64,000 bases of DNA from Octopus vulgaris. Taxonomy: Eukaryota. Positions within the stretch are counted from its first letter, which is position 1; every line of letters starts with the position of its first letter. Of this stretch, positions 52,501-64,000 are shown in pieces. A program made the translations under genes and the position numbers. The stretch spans positions 23,064,001 through 23,128,000 of the forward strand of contig OX597815.1 in the NCBI GenBank assembly GCA_951406725.2, given 5' to 3'. The notes under the pieces were generated by a model that saw nothing but the letters and a program-made list of their open reading frames with translations, did no database searches and was not told the origin of the DNA.

Positions 52501-55500
52501 ACTAGTGGACCCACAGCTGGACTCAGTCACCATAAAAATGTCATTATTACTAAATTGTGATTCTAATAGTAGCGATATAGTTGATATGACATCACTGCTC
52601 AGAATTTGAAACCTTCTTTTCCCTAATATAGGATTGAGAAGTATCAGTTATACTAAGAGTAATTAAATTATACTAGAGTCTCAACAAAAATATATTACCT
52701 GTCATTTGCACATTTCTGTAACTCTTGACACAATCTTCTCAAGTTTGATCCCCCTTTTATCTCCTGCGACAACAACTGCATCAACACTTGGCTGTATAGG
52801 TAAGTATGTTCACCATGGCACACCATTTTCTTAAATAGTAATAGATATATATATATATATAAATATATAATTTTCCTGTTAATTTCTATTCAATAATTGT
52901 AGAATTGATAAAACAATTAAGAAAATTACAACATTCACTTCTAAAATATATTTTCTGTCAATATTTATTTCTTTACTACCCACAAGGGGCTAAACATAGA
53001 GGGGACAAACAAGGACAGACAAAGGGATTAAGTCGATTACATCGACCCCAGTGCAAAACTGGTACTTAATTTATCGACCCCGAAAGGATGAAAGGCAAAG
53101 TTGACCTCGGCGGAATTTGAACTCAGAATGTACCGGCAGACGAAATACGGCTACGCATTTCGCCCGGTGTGCTAACGTGTCTGCCAGCTCGCCACTTTTT
53201 TTCTGTCAATATTAATGGTTTCACACAATCTCCTTAAGTCTAACTAGTAATAAAAATATGCTTATTTTATCTAAGATTTAGCTGTTGGGAGGGCACTGAT
53301 CTATTAAAAACAAGTATTTTGACAATATTCAAATATATAAATAAAAAAGAGAGGTTAAGGACAAGAATAGAATATGAAACCTGCACCTTCAATTTCAATG
53401 TGATGCTACATGGTAGGAAGAGTTGGGCTTTGAATGCAAAGGATTTGTAAAGACCAGAGAGAAATAAAGTGAGCATGAGAACGGAGACGGATGCTTGAAC
53501 GGAGACGTGTAGATTTGTGCTGCCTCCAAGAAGTAAGGTGGAGAAGAGGTTCTGCTAGGTTCCTCACAGGCAAAGAACACAGGTACAAGATTTTCTGGGC
53601 AGGGAACACTGACAGGGTCAGGGGTGTGGGTATACTTCTTGCAGAGAAATAGGTAGATAAGGTAATCGAGGTAGTCAGAGTATGCGATAGAATATGTAAA
53701 ATTAGATTAGTGTCACATCATGGGTCAGCAACCATTATCTCAGCTGGGGCTACCTGATGGACAGAAAGACCGATTTTATGACATCCTCTTGCAGACTACC
53801 TCATTGACAAATGACATGGACACTTCTCTTTGTGGCTGGTGACTTCAATGGACATGTTGGACAATATGCAGGGAGCTTCCATGGCATACATGGAGGCTAT
53901 GGTTTTGGTTCCTGCAATGAGGATGGAACCAGGCTGCTGGAGTTCTGTGATGAAAATGATCTTATGGTTTGCACTGATGCAGCCTTCAAGCTGTAATAAA
54001 GTCAATGAATGAGAACAATTTATATTTCAAAGATATAAAAAATTTTTTTACCGTAAATTCTGGTAAATTTTTTTCCAGTGCTTCTTCACCTCCTTCAAGG
54101 AATGTAGTGATTGATGTTCTCAAGACCCGTGAGAAAACCTCAATCTGGTGGCACGCTGTAGATACTGAGGTTATCTCCCCTTGGTAACCAGCATCCGATA
54201 TCAACTTGAAACGAAATAAATGTCAATACATCGATAAGTTTTGAAGGTAAACAACGTGATAAATTGAATTTTGAGTGACTATGTTAGTGTCTGTGTGTGT
54301 GTAGATGTGTGCCCAAGTGTTTAAACATGCTTAAGTATAGATACATGAGTTTGTACGAATAATCAAAGTTGCCAGCCTCGCCTGGCCCCCGTGCCGGTGG
54401 CACGTAGAAGCACCATCCGTTCGTGGCCGTTTGCCAGCTCCGTCTGGTACCTGTGCGGGTGGCACGTAAAAAGCACCCACTACACTCACGGAGTGGTTGG
54501 CGTTAGGAAGGGCATCCAGCCGTAGAAACACTGCCAGATCTGACTGGGCCTGATGAAGCCTTCCAGCTTCACAGACCCCAGTTGAACCGTCCAACCCATG
54601 CTGGCATGGAAGCGGACGCTAAATGATGATGATGAATGGAAAACAAGAAACTGATAACAAATCTCTGAACGAGGTATAAACAGTAACTGCACGACAATGT
54701 GAGGTATACTTGCCATCTCAATACGGCTAACCACTAAGGGTGGGTGTTACTGTAGCTTGTAGCCCCAGGAGAACATCGTCTCCAACTGGCTTTAGGCACA
54801 CTTTCTGTGCCCTTATTTTGCAAATACCATAAGGGCACAGAAAGTGTGCCTAAAGCCAGCTGAGACAATGTTCTCCTGGGGCTACAAGCTACAGTAACAC
54901 CCACCCTTAGTGGTTAGCCATATTGAGATGGCTAGTATACCTCACAAGAAACTGATAAAATAGTAATTATTTTTAAAAACATTTCTAGTAAAACATTTCT
55001 CAATAACAGAATCGCTGTTATTTTCAGACAAAAAACAAAAAAAAAATTAAGTCACTGTGCAACTATGAAATTGAAAATATAAAAACCCAAAAGCAAACGT
55101 TTACCCTACAATTTATAAATTTGTTTAAATTTTTTTTAACATCTGAAATAAGTAAGTGAATTAAATAAAGTCTAAAAGCATCAGAATTAATTACAACCAC
55201 CGTCTAAAATCATCATCATCATCGTTTAATGTCCGTTCTCCATGCTAGCATGAGTTGGACGGTTCGACCGGGGATCTGGGAAGCCAGAAGGCTGCACCAG
55301 GCTCCAGTCTGATCTGGCAGTGTTTCTACAGCTGGATGCCCTTCCTGACGCCAACCACTCCATGAGTGTAGTGGGTGCTTTTTACGTGCCAGGCGAGGCT
55401 GGCAATGGCCACGATTGGATTGGTGCATTTTACGTGCCACTGGCATGGAAGCCAGTCAAAGCGGCGCTGGCATCGACTATGATTGGATGGTGCTTTTTAT

Positions 55501-57667
55501 GTGCCACTGGCACAGAAGCTAGTCTAGGCGGCACTGGCATCGGCCACGTTCGGATGGTGCTTTTTACGTGCCACCGGCACAGGGATCACAACTGCAGTTT
55601 CCACTGATTTTGATGTTGGTGTACTTGACTCAATGGATCTCCTCAAGCACAGGGTCGAAATATATTGAAATACAATCCAAACTTAATTTCAGTAGTCTGA
55701 TGCCATGTAAAAAAGCTTCCTTGCCCATACCACATAGTAGCATCATCCATGCCAGCAGCACGTAAAAGCACCTGTGCTGGTGCCACATAAAAACCACCCA
55801 ACACCACACTCTGTAAAGTGGTTGGTATTAGCAAGGGCATCTAGCCACATAAACCACGCTAAATCAGACTGGAACTTGGTGCAGCTTGTCTGCTTGCTAG
55901 GTCTGGTCAAACCATCCAACCCATGCCAGCATGGAAAAATGACATGATGATGAATATAAACACTGTGCTCTTAGGGAGAAATTCAAATTTAAGTGTTCTG
56001 TAATCATATTTTGGAACATTGGAAAGCTATTGGATCGTTTGGTGACCTAAACTCTAAAAAAACTAACCATGACCCTAAGAATAAATTCTAATAGTGTGAA
56101 GTTACTGCAGATCCAGTTCAGCATGAGTTCTCTCCCTTCTTTTCTACCCGTACAATGTATTATAATGTATTTCTTTACTACCCACAAGAGGCTAAACACA
56201 GAGGGGACAAACAAGGACAGACAAAGAGATTAAGTCGATTACATCGACCCCAGTACGAAACTGATACTTAATTTATCGACCCCGAAAGGATGAAAGGCAA
56301 AGTCGACCTCGGCGGAATATAAACTCAGAACGTAACGGCAGATGAAATACAGCTATGCATTTTGCCCGGTGTGCTAACGTTTCTGCCAGCTCGCAGCCTT
56401 AATGGAAACCAACCATTATATTTAAATAAAAATCACATTATCGATTTTCTTACTTTGATGGTAAAGTTAAGCATAAGGCAGTCAGGATATTCTTCAGCCA
56501 ATTTGTAAAATAATGTACGCCAAGTAGAAAATTCAACCATTTCTGCCAACCACGAAGGGACCTGCAGAAGAAAAGAAATTAATATATGTTCTTGAATTTA
56601 AGAGCACTGCAGTCAAATTATTACTTTTTGAGAACGTTCCAAATATAACATTTATCATTAGAATGTGTGTGTTAAGAATGAGAAAGTTGTTTGCCAAAAT
56701 TGACATTTTATGATATCACCGTTCTATTAATGGCAAGATTTGTCATGTTTGCTTAATGTTATAGGAACCAGAGTTAAGTGACCTATGAAGTATTGTGACT
56801 CAAGAAACAATTAAACTAATTAAACCAATGTATAATACAAATAGCTTAATAGATGTCAGAAGAGTACATGTACCTCTCCTTCGACTGAGAAAATAGAATC
56901 GGCTTTCTTTGGGTCAAAACATTTTAAAATCATTTCTTTCAGATATGTTTCAACTCTCTCTTGAACTTCTTTGTAGTCAGCACCTATGAAGCAACATAAA
57001 ATATAAATTATAAATTACATACATTACACAATCTTGCATGTATATCATTTTAACTATATATATATATACTTAAAACAACGGAAATTTTACCGAATAAACT
57101 GATTAGCTTCCCATGTGCTACAGTTGATTGGCAGGATAAAGCTAAAATTGCCAAACCAATTAATTAGGTAGACAACAGTGATATGCTGTATACAACCAAC
57201 TGATCAATTATGAAAACTAATTAAATTCAATATCATTTTAACTTTACTATTAGTCCTAGTGTTAACTGTATCAATTTAAATGGGGTTAAGCAAATCAAAC
57301 TGCAAGGAAGTAGTCTAATTGTTGAAATATTTCTCAAAGGAGCAGCTAACTTAAGCTCTTTATTTTAATTTTTTTTAGAGATGAAATAATGAAATATAAG
57401 TATGATCATATACTCTTGCCATTTCTCAAACGCCACAAAATTTTTCTGTCAGTTCCTGCTACCTTCTATCATCAATTCCAAAAAACATTCATTTATATCA
57501 CATATCTTTATGAACATAGCTTTCTCCCCTAAACAACTAACAGTGTCTTTGATCCTCAATTAGTCTCTAACTCATTTGGAATGTTATAGATTAGTATTGT
57601 ACATTCAACACTCTTTTCCAGCTAATGCAAATTCTTTGTTAGCTTATATACCATAGAATATTAAGTT

Positions 57668-57716
<49 letters not shown>

Positions 57717-60237
57717 CGTGACCGACCAGGCTATCAGATGTTGCTACACATCACTGGTCACAATGTGCTTCGCATTGTTTTAGCCTTCAAATGATGCCAC
57801 CCCTTTGGCTAAGCGAGCAGGCCAACAGAAAAAAGAGTGAGAGAAAGTTTTGGCGAAAGAGTACAGCAGGGATCACCACTCCCCCTGCCGGAGCATCATG
57901 GAGCTTTAGGTGTTTTTGCTCAATAAACACTCACAACGCCCGGTCTGGGAATCGAAACCGCGATCCTGCGACCGCGAGTCCGCTGCCCTAACCACTGGGC
58001 CATTGCGCCTCCACATATATATATAAAACTCCTATAGGTAAACCTTCTGCACAGAAAGATAATCTGTTTCCAAGAGGTTGCATTTCTTTATATTTCTTCT
58101 GTATCTCTTAAATGCAACAAAGTTAGTACTCACTTCTAGCATTAAGCTTACTGCCTCTGAAGCAAAAATTATCTACTACTACCACCAGGAATCTATCTGA
58201 TCAGTAGATAATCTGCAATTGATGCTAATTACAGTTAGTATGTTTCACAAAATGAATAAAATAAAAATGATAATGAATATTCCAGTTACTCACCAACTAG
58301 AATAAGCCACTCAGCCAATAAGTTAACACATTGTGCCACAGCTATATAGTTATTAGAAAGCAATTCTACTACACGTTCTGGAGACCCTCCTGCTTGCAAA
58401 AATCTATATATAAAAAAATTATTTAATGTAATGAAAATTAATAGCTGTTAATTTTTAAAATATGTGCAATAAAAGGAACATAAAAGTGCAATATAACTGA
58501 TATTTCTACACTTTTGTATTTGTTTCCTAATGATAGTATTGGGATAAAGATTATTCAGGGAAATTTAATTTGTAGAACCATTCAACCTTCTCTATTGTTA
58601 TCTCTTTAGTTCTAATATAGGGATGGGCTGTTTTCAGTTAGACAGAATGAGTAATGGGCTTTACTAAAAAGTACAATAGTATGCAAGATAGAATTTGATC
58701 TCATAACCTAGCTAGTACATTGCCACTACAATTATATATATATATTTTCTTTTATTTTTTTTCTTTGTTTTACTTGTTTCAGTCATTTGACTGTGGCCTT
58801 GCTGGAGCACCGCCTTTAGTCGAGCAAATCGACCCCAGGACTTATTCCTTGTAAGCCTAGTACTTATTCTATTGGTCTCTTTTGCCGAACCGCTAAGTTA
58901 CGGGGACATAAACACACCAGCATTGGTTGCCAAGCGATCAGACACAAACATACATATATATGTACATATATACAACAGGCTCTTTTCAGTTTCCGTCGAC
59001 CAAATCCACTCACAAAGCTTTGGTCGGCCCAAGGCTATAGTAGAAGACACTTGCCCAAGATGCCATGCAGTGGGACTGAACCCATAACCATGTGGTTTGT
59101 AAGCAAGCTACTTACCACACAGCCACTCCTATAAACCCTCACTAAATGTGACTAACGGTGTGTAAGCCTCTACATTATATTGTGCCTAGGCTAGCTGCTT
59201 ATATCAATTCATATAGTCATATATATAAATATATATATATACTGAAAAATATGTAAAATAATGAATAGTATTGCATGGAAACTAGTAATTGTTCAGAATT
59301 ATTCAACCTACACAAGGGAGGAAAGATGAAACCTGTGTAAAAATTACACAAATTATAAAGCTAACTAGGAATAGGGAATGAAATAGTTTCATTATCAGCA
59401 GAATATGACAAATGTAATTAACGATATAAGATTCATCCTATAAAGACTTTGTAAAATTAATTTACTAGCAGTGTAAATTTAAAATATTAATATAATACAC
59501 TTGTTTATTATATTGGTTTCAAATTTTGGCACAAGGCCAGCAAATTCGGGGACGGGGTAAGTCAATTACACTGACCCCAGTGCTCAACTGGTACTTATTT
59601 TATCAACCCCCGAAAGGCTGAAAGGCAGAGTCAACCTTCAGAATTTGAACTCAGAACATAAACATAGATGAAATGATGCCGAGCACTTTTCCTGGTGCGT
59701 TAACGATTCTGCCAGCTCACCACCTTATATGTTTATTATATTAATAAATAAAATATTCTACCTTTTTTATGTTCAAACCAGTCAAATTTGGCCTTTCACA
59801 CCTTCCCTACATTATTCTAAAAATAAACTATCACATCAAAGAAGTTTCAAAGTGACAACATAATGACTGATTAATTCATAACAATGTAAATAATTAAGCA
59901 GTACATTTGACAGAATAATCCGAATACTAAAAGGCTAATATAAAAAGTTCACAAAATGGAATAAATTAGTTTAAGACTCTTCACAGAGGTATACTGCCCA
60001 AAAGGTTACACCTCTCTTCCATACAGTAAACTAATTTATTCAACAAATTTGTGAACTTCTTTTCTCCTAACCATTTGCAAACACAATCTGTCACTAATTT
60101 TCTTGGATTCAACTGTTTTACCTTTTCAATACTTGAAAAACTCCAGGTTCCATAATGCTATCATCTGTTGAAAGGACATTCAAGCATTCTTCCTGGACTC
60201 GCTCATCTTCATCATCATTTTCTTGCATTGGTGAACC
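26978..60237 (-). CDS. NELFCD: Negative elongation factor C/D (TH1-like), spliced CDS with 15 coding exons in the window; first exon not found
   Basis: Exons joined at GT-AG boundaries keep one frame for 1686 nt: [19 protein letters not shown]...[12 protein letters not shown] / AGGSPE...NLLAEWL / [10 protein letters not shown] / [11 protein letters not shown] / [18 protein letters not shown] / MVCHGEHTY / YPRACQAL / [13 protein letters not shown] / TDHTPLHL / [13 protein letters not shown] / PPYT / [11 protein letters not shown]. This is colinear with metazoan NELF-C/D as I recall it. Confidence 0.97.
27138..27640 (+). mobile_element. Representative 5'-truncated RTE 3'UTR copy (about 22 copies in the window, both strands)
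   Basis: GTTGGCGTTAGGAAGGGCATCCAGC core, CCATGCTAGCATGG-type hairpin, (GAT)n tail. Others near 17341(-), 20240(-), 21315(-), 24825(-), 33640(+), 35716(-), 39885(+), 40920(-), 43945(+), 46779(-), 51025(+), 51985(+), 54368(+), 55210(-), 55745(+), 60325(+). Confidence 0.88.
28140..28502 (+). mobile_element. SINE family B copy
   Basis: Colinear with 4439-4842; further copies at 32667-33070(+) and 58768-59130(-); partials near 19247, 21585, 34280, 39495. Confidence 0.87.
28695..28824 (-). CDS. NELFCD: NELFCD coding exon (130 nt)
   Basis: ttgtag|GTT...G|gtaagt; [43 protein letters not shown]. Confidence 0.96.
28886..29508. mobile_element. piggyBac-type MITE with a nested SINE
   Basis: TTAA|CCCTTTTGTTACT ... 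AGTAACAAAAGGG|TTAA. Confidence 0.88.
29061..29446 (+). mobile_element. tRNA-derived SINE family C
   Basis: GGAGGCGCAATGGCTCAGTGG (A box), GGTTTCAATTCC (B box); TSD ATATTTAAAATT; same head at 44588-44885(+) and 57713-58012(-). Confidence 0.87.
29790..30046 (-). mobile_element. Mariner transposase C-terminal relic
   Basis: LHPPYSADF (HPPYSPDL-like) and a frameshifted [13 protein letters not shown]-terminus. Confidence 0.75.
30763..31070. mobile_element. piggyBac-type MITE
   Basis: TTAA|CCCCTTACCC ... GGGTAAGGGG|TTAA. Confidence 0.85.
31107..32191 (+). mobile_element. Internally deleted piggyBac with transposase N-terminus
   Basis: TIR CCCTTTCGTTAC / GTAACGAAAGGG|TTAA; acidic N-terminus then [28 protein letters not shown] (PGBD-type). 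Confidence 0.9.
33321..33552 (+). mobile_element. SINE family A monomer with a long TSD
   Basis: Flanked by ATATAAAGCCTCCTTTTAAA direct repeats. Confidence 0.9.
35342..35482 (-). CDS. NELFCD: NELFCD coding exon (141 nt)
   Basis: cttcag|TTG...GAG|gtatgt; [47 protein letters not shown]. Confidence 0.96.
36343..36438 (-). CDS. NELFCD: NELFCD coding exon (96 nt)
   Basis: ccacag|ATT...AGA|gtaagt; [32 protein letters not shown]. Confidence 0.94.
37906..38320 (-). mobile_element. SINE family A, tandem dimer
   Basis: Period about 184 nt; flanked by TATGTCAACACTTTACC direct repeats. Confidence 0.9.
38551..38665 (-). CDS. NELFCD: NELFCD coding exon (115 nt)
   Basis: caacag|G...GAG|gtaatt; [38 protein letters not shown]. 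Confidence 0.95.
39029..39330 (+). repeat. About 25-bp minisatellite (GCACCCGTGCCAGTGACACGTAAAA, about 12 units) inside an RTE 3'UTR copy
   Basis: Direct tandem units followed by GTGGTTGGCATTAGGAAGGGCATCC and the family tail. Confidence 0.9.
41723..43276 (+). mobile_element. 5'-truncated CR1-clade LINE
   Basis: [47 protein letters not shown]; frameshift near 42910; (AACT)n tail. Confidence 0.93.
43455..43591 (-). CDS. NELFCD: NELFCD coding exon (137 nt)
   Basis: tttaag|GGT...CG|gtaaat; [45 protein letters not shown]. Confidence 0.95.
45106..46646. mobile_element. RTE-clade LINE insertion with 5' inversion (ORF part on minus 45106-46272; 3'UTR on plus 46280-46646)
   Basis: [37 protein letters not shown]; (GAT)n tail; TSD ATTTAGTCAC. 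Confidence 0.92.
47151..47266 (-). CDS. NELFCD: NELFCD coding exon (116 nt)
   Basis: tttcag|AA...AAA|gtgagt; [38 protein letters not shown]. Confidence 0.95.
47894..48620 (-). mobile_element. RTE ORF end plus full 3'UTR with tandem about 55-60-nt units
   Basis: [34 protein letters not shown] runs continuously into the tandem units and the GGACGTTAAACGATGATG tail. Confidence 0.88.
49168..49234 (-). CDS. NELFCD: NELFCD coding exon (67 nt)
   Basis: taacag|TTG...G|gtaagt; [22 protein letters not shown]. Confidence 0.94.
49548..50370 (+). mobile_element. RTE RT fragment with a stop codon and an internal deletion
   Basis: [44 protein letters not shown], then a jump to SETWAVT. Confidence 0.9.
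50845..50965 (-). CDS. NELFCD: NELFCD coding exon (121 nt)
   Basis: ttccag|A...ATT|gtaagt; [40 protein letters not shown]. Confidence 0.95.
52699..52829 (-). CDS. NELFCD: NELFCD coding exon (131 nt)
   Basis: tttaag|AAA...AG|gtaata; [43 protein letters not shown]. Confidence 0.95.
53367..53975 (+). mobile_element. RTE AP-endonuclease relic
   Basis: [41 protein letters not shown]; contains stops and frameshifts. Confidence 0.88.
54052..54204 (-). CDS. NELFCD: NELFCD coding exon (153 nt)
   Basis: ttcaag|TTG...ACG|gtaaaa; [51 protein letters not shown]. Confidence 0.96.
54698..54946. repeat. Near-perfect inverted repeat (arms about 118 bp, 12-nt loop)
   Basis: TGTGAGGTATACT...GTGCCCTTAT / ATAAGGGCAC...AGTATACCTCACA. 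Confidence 0.95.
56454..56561 (-). CDS. NELFCD: NELFCD coding exon (108 nt)
   Basis: ctgcag|GTC...AAA|gtaaga; [36 protein letters not shown]. Confidence 0.96.
56874..56983 (-). CDS. NELFCD: NELFCD coding exon (110 nt)
   Basis: tcatag|GT...GAG|gtacat; [36 protein letters not shown]. Confidence 0.95.
58294..58403 (-). CDS. NELFCD: NELFCD coding exon (110 nt)
   Basis: atatag|A...G|gtgagt; [36 protein letters not shown]. Confidence 0.95.
60122..60237 (-). CDS. NELFCD: NELFCD coding exon (116 nt, first in window)
   Basis: tttcag|GGT...AAAAG|gtaaaa; [38 protein letters not shown](R). Confidence 0.93.
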
Positions 60238-61095
60238 CTGAAATATCATCATTAATGGTTTATTTAAATAACACAATTTGCTTTTTTTTTTTAAATTAAA
60301 ACACACACATATACATATATTTGCAGGGTGCAAAGAGCACTATACAAGTGTGATCATTGACAGAGCGGCTAACTGGCTTCCATGCCAGTGGCACATAAAA
60401 GGCACCATTCGAGCGTGATCGTAACCAGCGCCGCCTTAAAGAGCACCATCCGAGCGTGATTGTTGCCAGAGCGGCTATCTGGCCTCTGTGCCAGTGGCAT
60501 GTAAAAGACACCATTCGAGCGTGATCGTTACCAGCATCGCCTTACTGGCACCTGTGCCCAGTGGCATGTGTAAAAAGATTCGAACAAGGTCATTGCCAGT
60601 ACTGCCTGACTGGCCCCGTGTTGTTGGCGTTAGGAAGGGCATCCAGCTGTAGAAACTCTGCCAGATCAGATTGGAGCCTGGTGCAGCCATCTGGTTCGCC
60701 AGCCCACAGTCAAACCGTCCAACCCATACTAGCATGGAAAGCGGACGTTAAATGATGATGATATATATATATATATCTTTTACTTGTTTCAGTCATTAGA
60801 CTGAAATCATACTGAGACACCACATAAAAGAATTTTAGTCAAACAAATCAACCCCAGTACTTATTTTTCTCTTAAGCTTGGTACTTATTCTATTGGTCTC
60901 TTTTGCTGAACAGCTAAGTCATAGAGATGTAAACGCTACATGGTCAGAGATTTAGGGACATCCTCATCAAGAAATTTGATGGGAGGGAGGAGGAACCAGC
61001 AGATAAGCCTGGTTTCATCTGGTTGCTTTGGATGATGTGGCTGTAAAACCTGCTCTGTGCAAGCATTCAACTTGTTTGGGCACGCTTATGTTAAA

Positions 61096-61609
61096 CTAGC
61101 AGTATAGCCCGGCATTGCCCGGGTATGTAAGAGCCCCTGGAGCAGACATGATGCTCGCCGTGAATTTTTTAAAAATTCCTGCCAATTTGTGAAGATATTG
61201 TCGAAAATATGTCATCTTGAATTTGAACGCGATTTCCCAAAATGGCATGATTTTATCGATTTTTTCTGATGGTAAGGTATTGCATGGAAAACTAACGTCA
61301 GAATTAAGTTTCTTAGGGTAACATTAAGCTTCACCATGAGTTTGGTCAAAATCAATTGCAAGTTGCGAAAACTACAACAGAAAATGTGTTGCAAATAAAA
61401 AGCTTAGATTCTCGACCCCATGTCAAATTGATCAATTTTTTTCAGAACTGGGGAAACTTTTCAAAATTTTCGCTGCATTAGTTTTGAATTATGACATTGG
61501 GCTGTGTGTGTGTCAAGTTTCATCAGAATCGGTTGAAAGGCGTGGTCAGGGTGAGGGTACAACCTGACAGACACACAGACAGACAAACTGCCATTTATAT
61601 AGAGAGAGA
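61096..61609 (-). mobile_element. Non-autonomous Helitron
   Basis: Minus strand reads A|TCTCTCTCTATATAAATGGC ... CCCGGGCAATGCCGGGC hairpin ... CTAG|T; Helitron-like 5' ends also near 12841 and 13387. Confidence 0.85.
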
Positions 61610-62007
61610 TGACAATTATAGAATGACTTTTTTCTGTCAAAATGCTAAAAATAACTGGCAAACAAAAAAAAAACACAATCAAGATGCAACTAAATCAAAA
61701 CATAAACCCAAATACTAAGCGAACAAATATGCAAAACAACAGAAACAAACAAAAAATACTACCAAGTATGACATCACCACTTCCTTCCTTATTCATCTAT
61801 CACCCATTCCTTTCTCAATCGTAAACACAAGAGTATTATTATAGTAGATTATCTCGGTAACCATGGGAGCTATGAAAAAAATACAAAGCCCTGCATCACC
61901 ACCGGATCATCCTACACATCTGTGTAACTTTTCGCGCAAATCCACCCAGCTGTTTGACCACGAATACCAAGACAAGAAAGAATCGCCCATGTCAAATTCA
62001 TATATAT

Positions 62008-62050
<43 letters not shown>

Positions 62051-62179
62051 CATGTATGTATATGTACAGCTATGTATATATGCATATATACATCTATGCA
62101 TATATATATATATATACATATATATATGCACATCTATGTATATATATATATGTACATCTATATATATAATAATTATAAT

Positions 62180-63518
62180 AATAACAGAGGAATTCAAGAT
62201 GGGTTGCCCTTGGCAGCTCCTCTATGCTGATGACCTGGGCCTCATAGCACAATCACTACCAGAACTAGAAAAGAAATTTCAGGTGTGGAAGCTAGGTTTA
62301 GAATCAAAAGGCCTTAGAGTCAATGTAGCAAAGACCAAAGTTATAGTAAGTAGGAAGGCGAACTCATCACGCACCCACTCAGGTAGGTGGCCCTGCTCAA
62401 TCTGTAGAAAAGGTGTAGGTATAAACTCCATAAGATGTACCCAGTGTAAGCTATGGATGCATAAGAGGTGCAGCAACATCAAAGGAAAATTAACCGAGAA
62501 GATAGCTTTCATGTGCAGCAGATGCACAGGGGCAATAGACACCACAGATACTCAGAAAACAGATTCCATCACACTCCAGAGGAAGAAACTAGAAGTAGTT
62601 GATAGTTTCCGCTATCTAGGTGATCAAGTTAGTAGTGGAGGTAGATGCTCAGAGAGTGTCATCACTAGAATACGAATAGCCTGGGCAAAGTTTAGAAAGC
62701 TTCTATCCCTACAGGTGACAAATGGTCTCTTGCTCAGAGTGAAAGGTAGATTGTACGACACATGTGTGTGAACTGCCATGCTTCACAGTAGTGAAACATG
62801 GGCTGTGACTGCAGAGGACATGCGTAGGCTTGAAAGAAATGAAGCTAGTATGATCCGCTGGATGCATATTGACAGTGTGCACACACAACAGAGTGTAACG
62901 CTCTGAGAGAAATGCTGGACATAAGAAGCATCGGATGTAGCGTGCAAGAGAGACGTTTGCGTTGGTATGGTCATGTACTATGGATGGATGAGGAGAGATA
63001 TGTGAAGAAGTGCCACTCCCAAACAACTGAAGGAATCCGGGGTAGAGGTAGACCCAGGAAGACATAGGATGAGGTGGTCAAGCATGACCTTCGAATGTTG
63101 GGCCTCGCAGAGGCAATGACGAAAGACCGAGATCTCACAAATAACGTGAGTTCATGGCTGTTTCCTGCACCAGCTTCACATAGCAGCCCCAGTCCATCCA
63201 AAGTACTTTGGATCACAGGATGGCCTGCTGTGCTTACCTTGGATCGTAGGACGACCTGCTGTGCTTGAGGAGACCTGTTGAGTCAAGTACATCAACATCA
63301 AAATAAAAATCAAATGGAAATTGTAGTTGTGATAACCGTGCATGTAAATAGCAACCACTACACTCACGGAGCGGTTGGCATTAGGAAGGGCAGCCAGTTT
63401 AGAAACACTGCCAGATTAGACTGGAGCCTGGTGCAGCCTTCTGGCTTCCCAGAACCCAGTCGAACAGTCCAACCTATGCTAGCATGGAAAACGGACGTTA
63501 AACGATGATGATGATGAT
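62180..63518 (+). mobile_element. 5'-truncated RTE LINE (RT C-terminus with PHD insert, 3'UTR and tail)
   Basis: [36 protein letters not shown]; (GAT)n tail; several stops. Confidence 0.9.
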
Positions 63519-63604
63519 ACATATATGTACATCTATATATATATATACATATATGTATATATACATATACATATATAAATCTATGTTTGTATACATATAT
63601 ATTT

Positions 63605-64000
63605 TTTTTCTTTATTACCCACAAGGGGCTAAACAAGGACAGACAAAAGTATTAAGTTGATTACATCGACCCCAGTGCGTAACTGGTACTTAATTTATCG
63701 ACCCCGAAAGGATGAAAGGCAAAGTCGACCCCGGTGGAATTTGAAGTCAGAACGTAACGGCAGACGAAATACCTATTTCTTTACTACCCATAAGGGGCTA
63801 AACACAGAGGGGGGGGGGGGGCAAACAAGGACAAACGGATTAAGTCGATTACATCGACCCCAGTGCATAACTGGTACTTAATTTATCGACCCCGAAAGGA
63901 TGAAAGGCAAAGTCGACCCCGGCGGAATTTGAAGTCAGAACGTAACGGCAGACGAAATACCTATTTCTTTACTACCCACAAGGGGCTAAACACAGAGGGG
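63605..64000 (-). mobile_element. SINE family A tandem array running off the window end
   Basis: CCTATTTCTTTACTACCC junction at about 63772 and about 63960. Confidence 0.88.

Noticed and set aside
61863-62771. 302-aa ORF as a novel gene
   Set aside because: Chance read-through of microsatellites into a truncated RTE RT fragment.
60238-64000. NELFCD first exon and promoter
   Set aside because: No convincing ATG exon with a phase-0 donor; the region is mostly repeats, so exon 1 is probably outside the window.

Overview
AT-rich, repeat-dense eukaryotic DNA, not prokaryotic. The SINE/LINE repertoire points to a coleoid cephalopod, most likely Octopus (inferred). There is one host gene: NELFCD/TH1L (negative elongation factor C/D) on the minus strand. 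I read 15 GT-AG coding exons from 60237 down to the stop at 26978 (1686 nt, 561 aa); the first exon was not found and probably lies beyond the window. The rest is mobile DNA: RTE, CR1, Penelope-like and Gypsy relics, Helitrons, piggyBac/hAT/mariner/Merlin-type elements, three tRNA-derived SINE families, and about 22 5'-truncated 3'UTR copies of one RTE family. No complete new multi-gene system is supported. The best leads are an RTE family with a PHD finger inside its reverse transcriptase and a tandem structured-RNA array in its 3'UTR, a twin-primed RTE insertion, hammerhead-like Penelope foldbacks, long intronic hairpins (candidate ADAR substrates), and a candidate poison exon in NELFCD. All family assignments were made by eye from remembered motifs; no searches were run.
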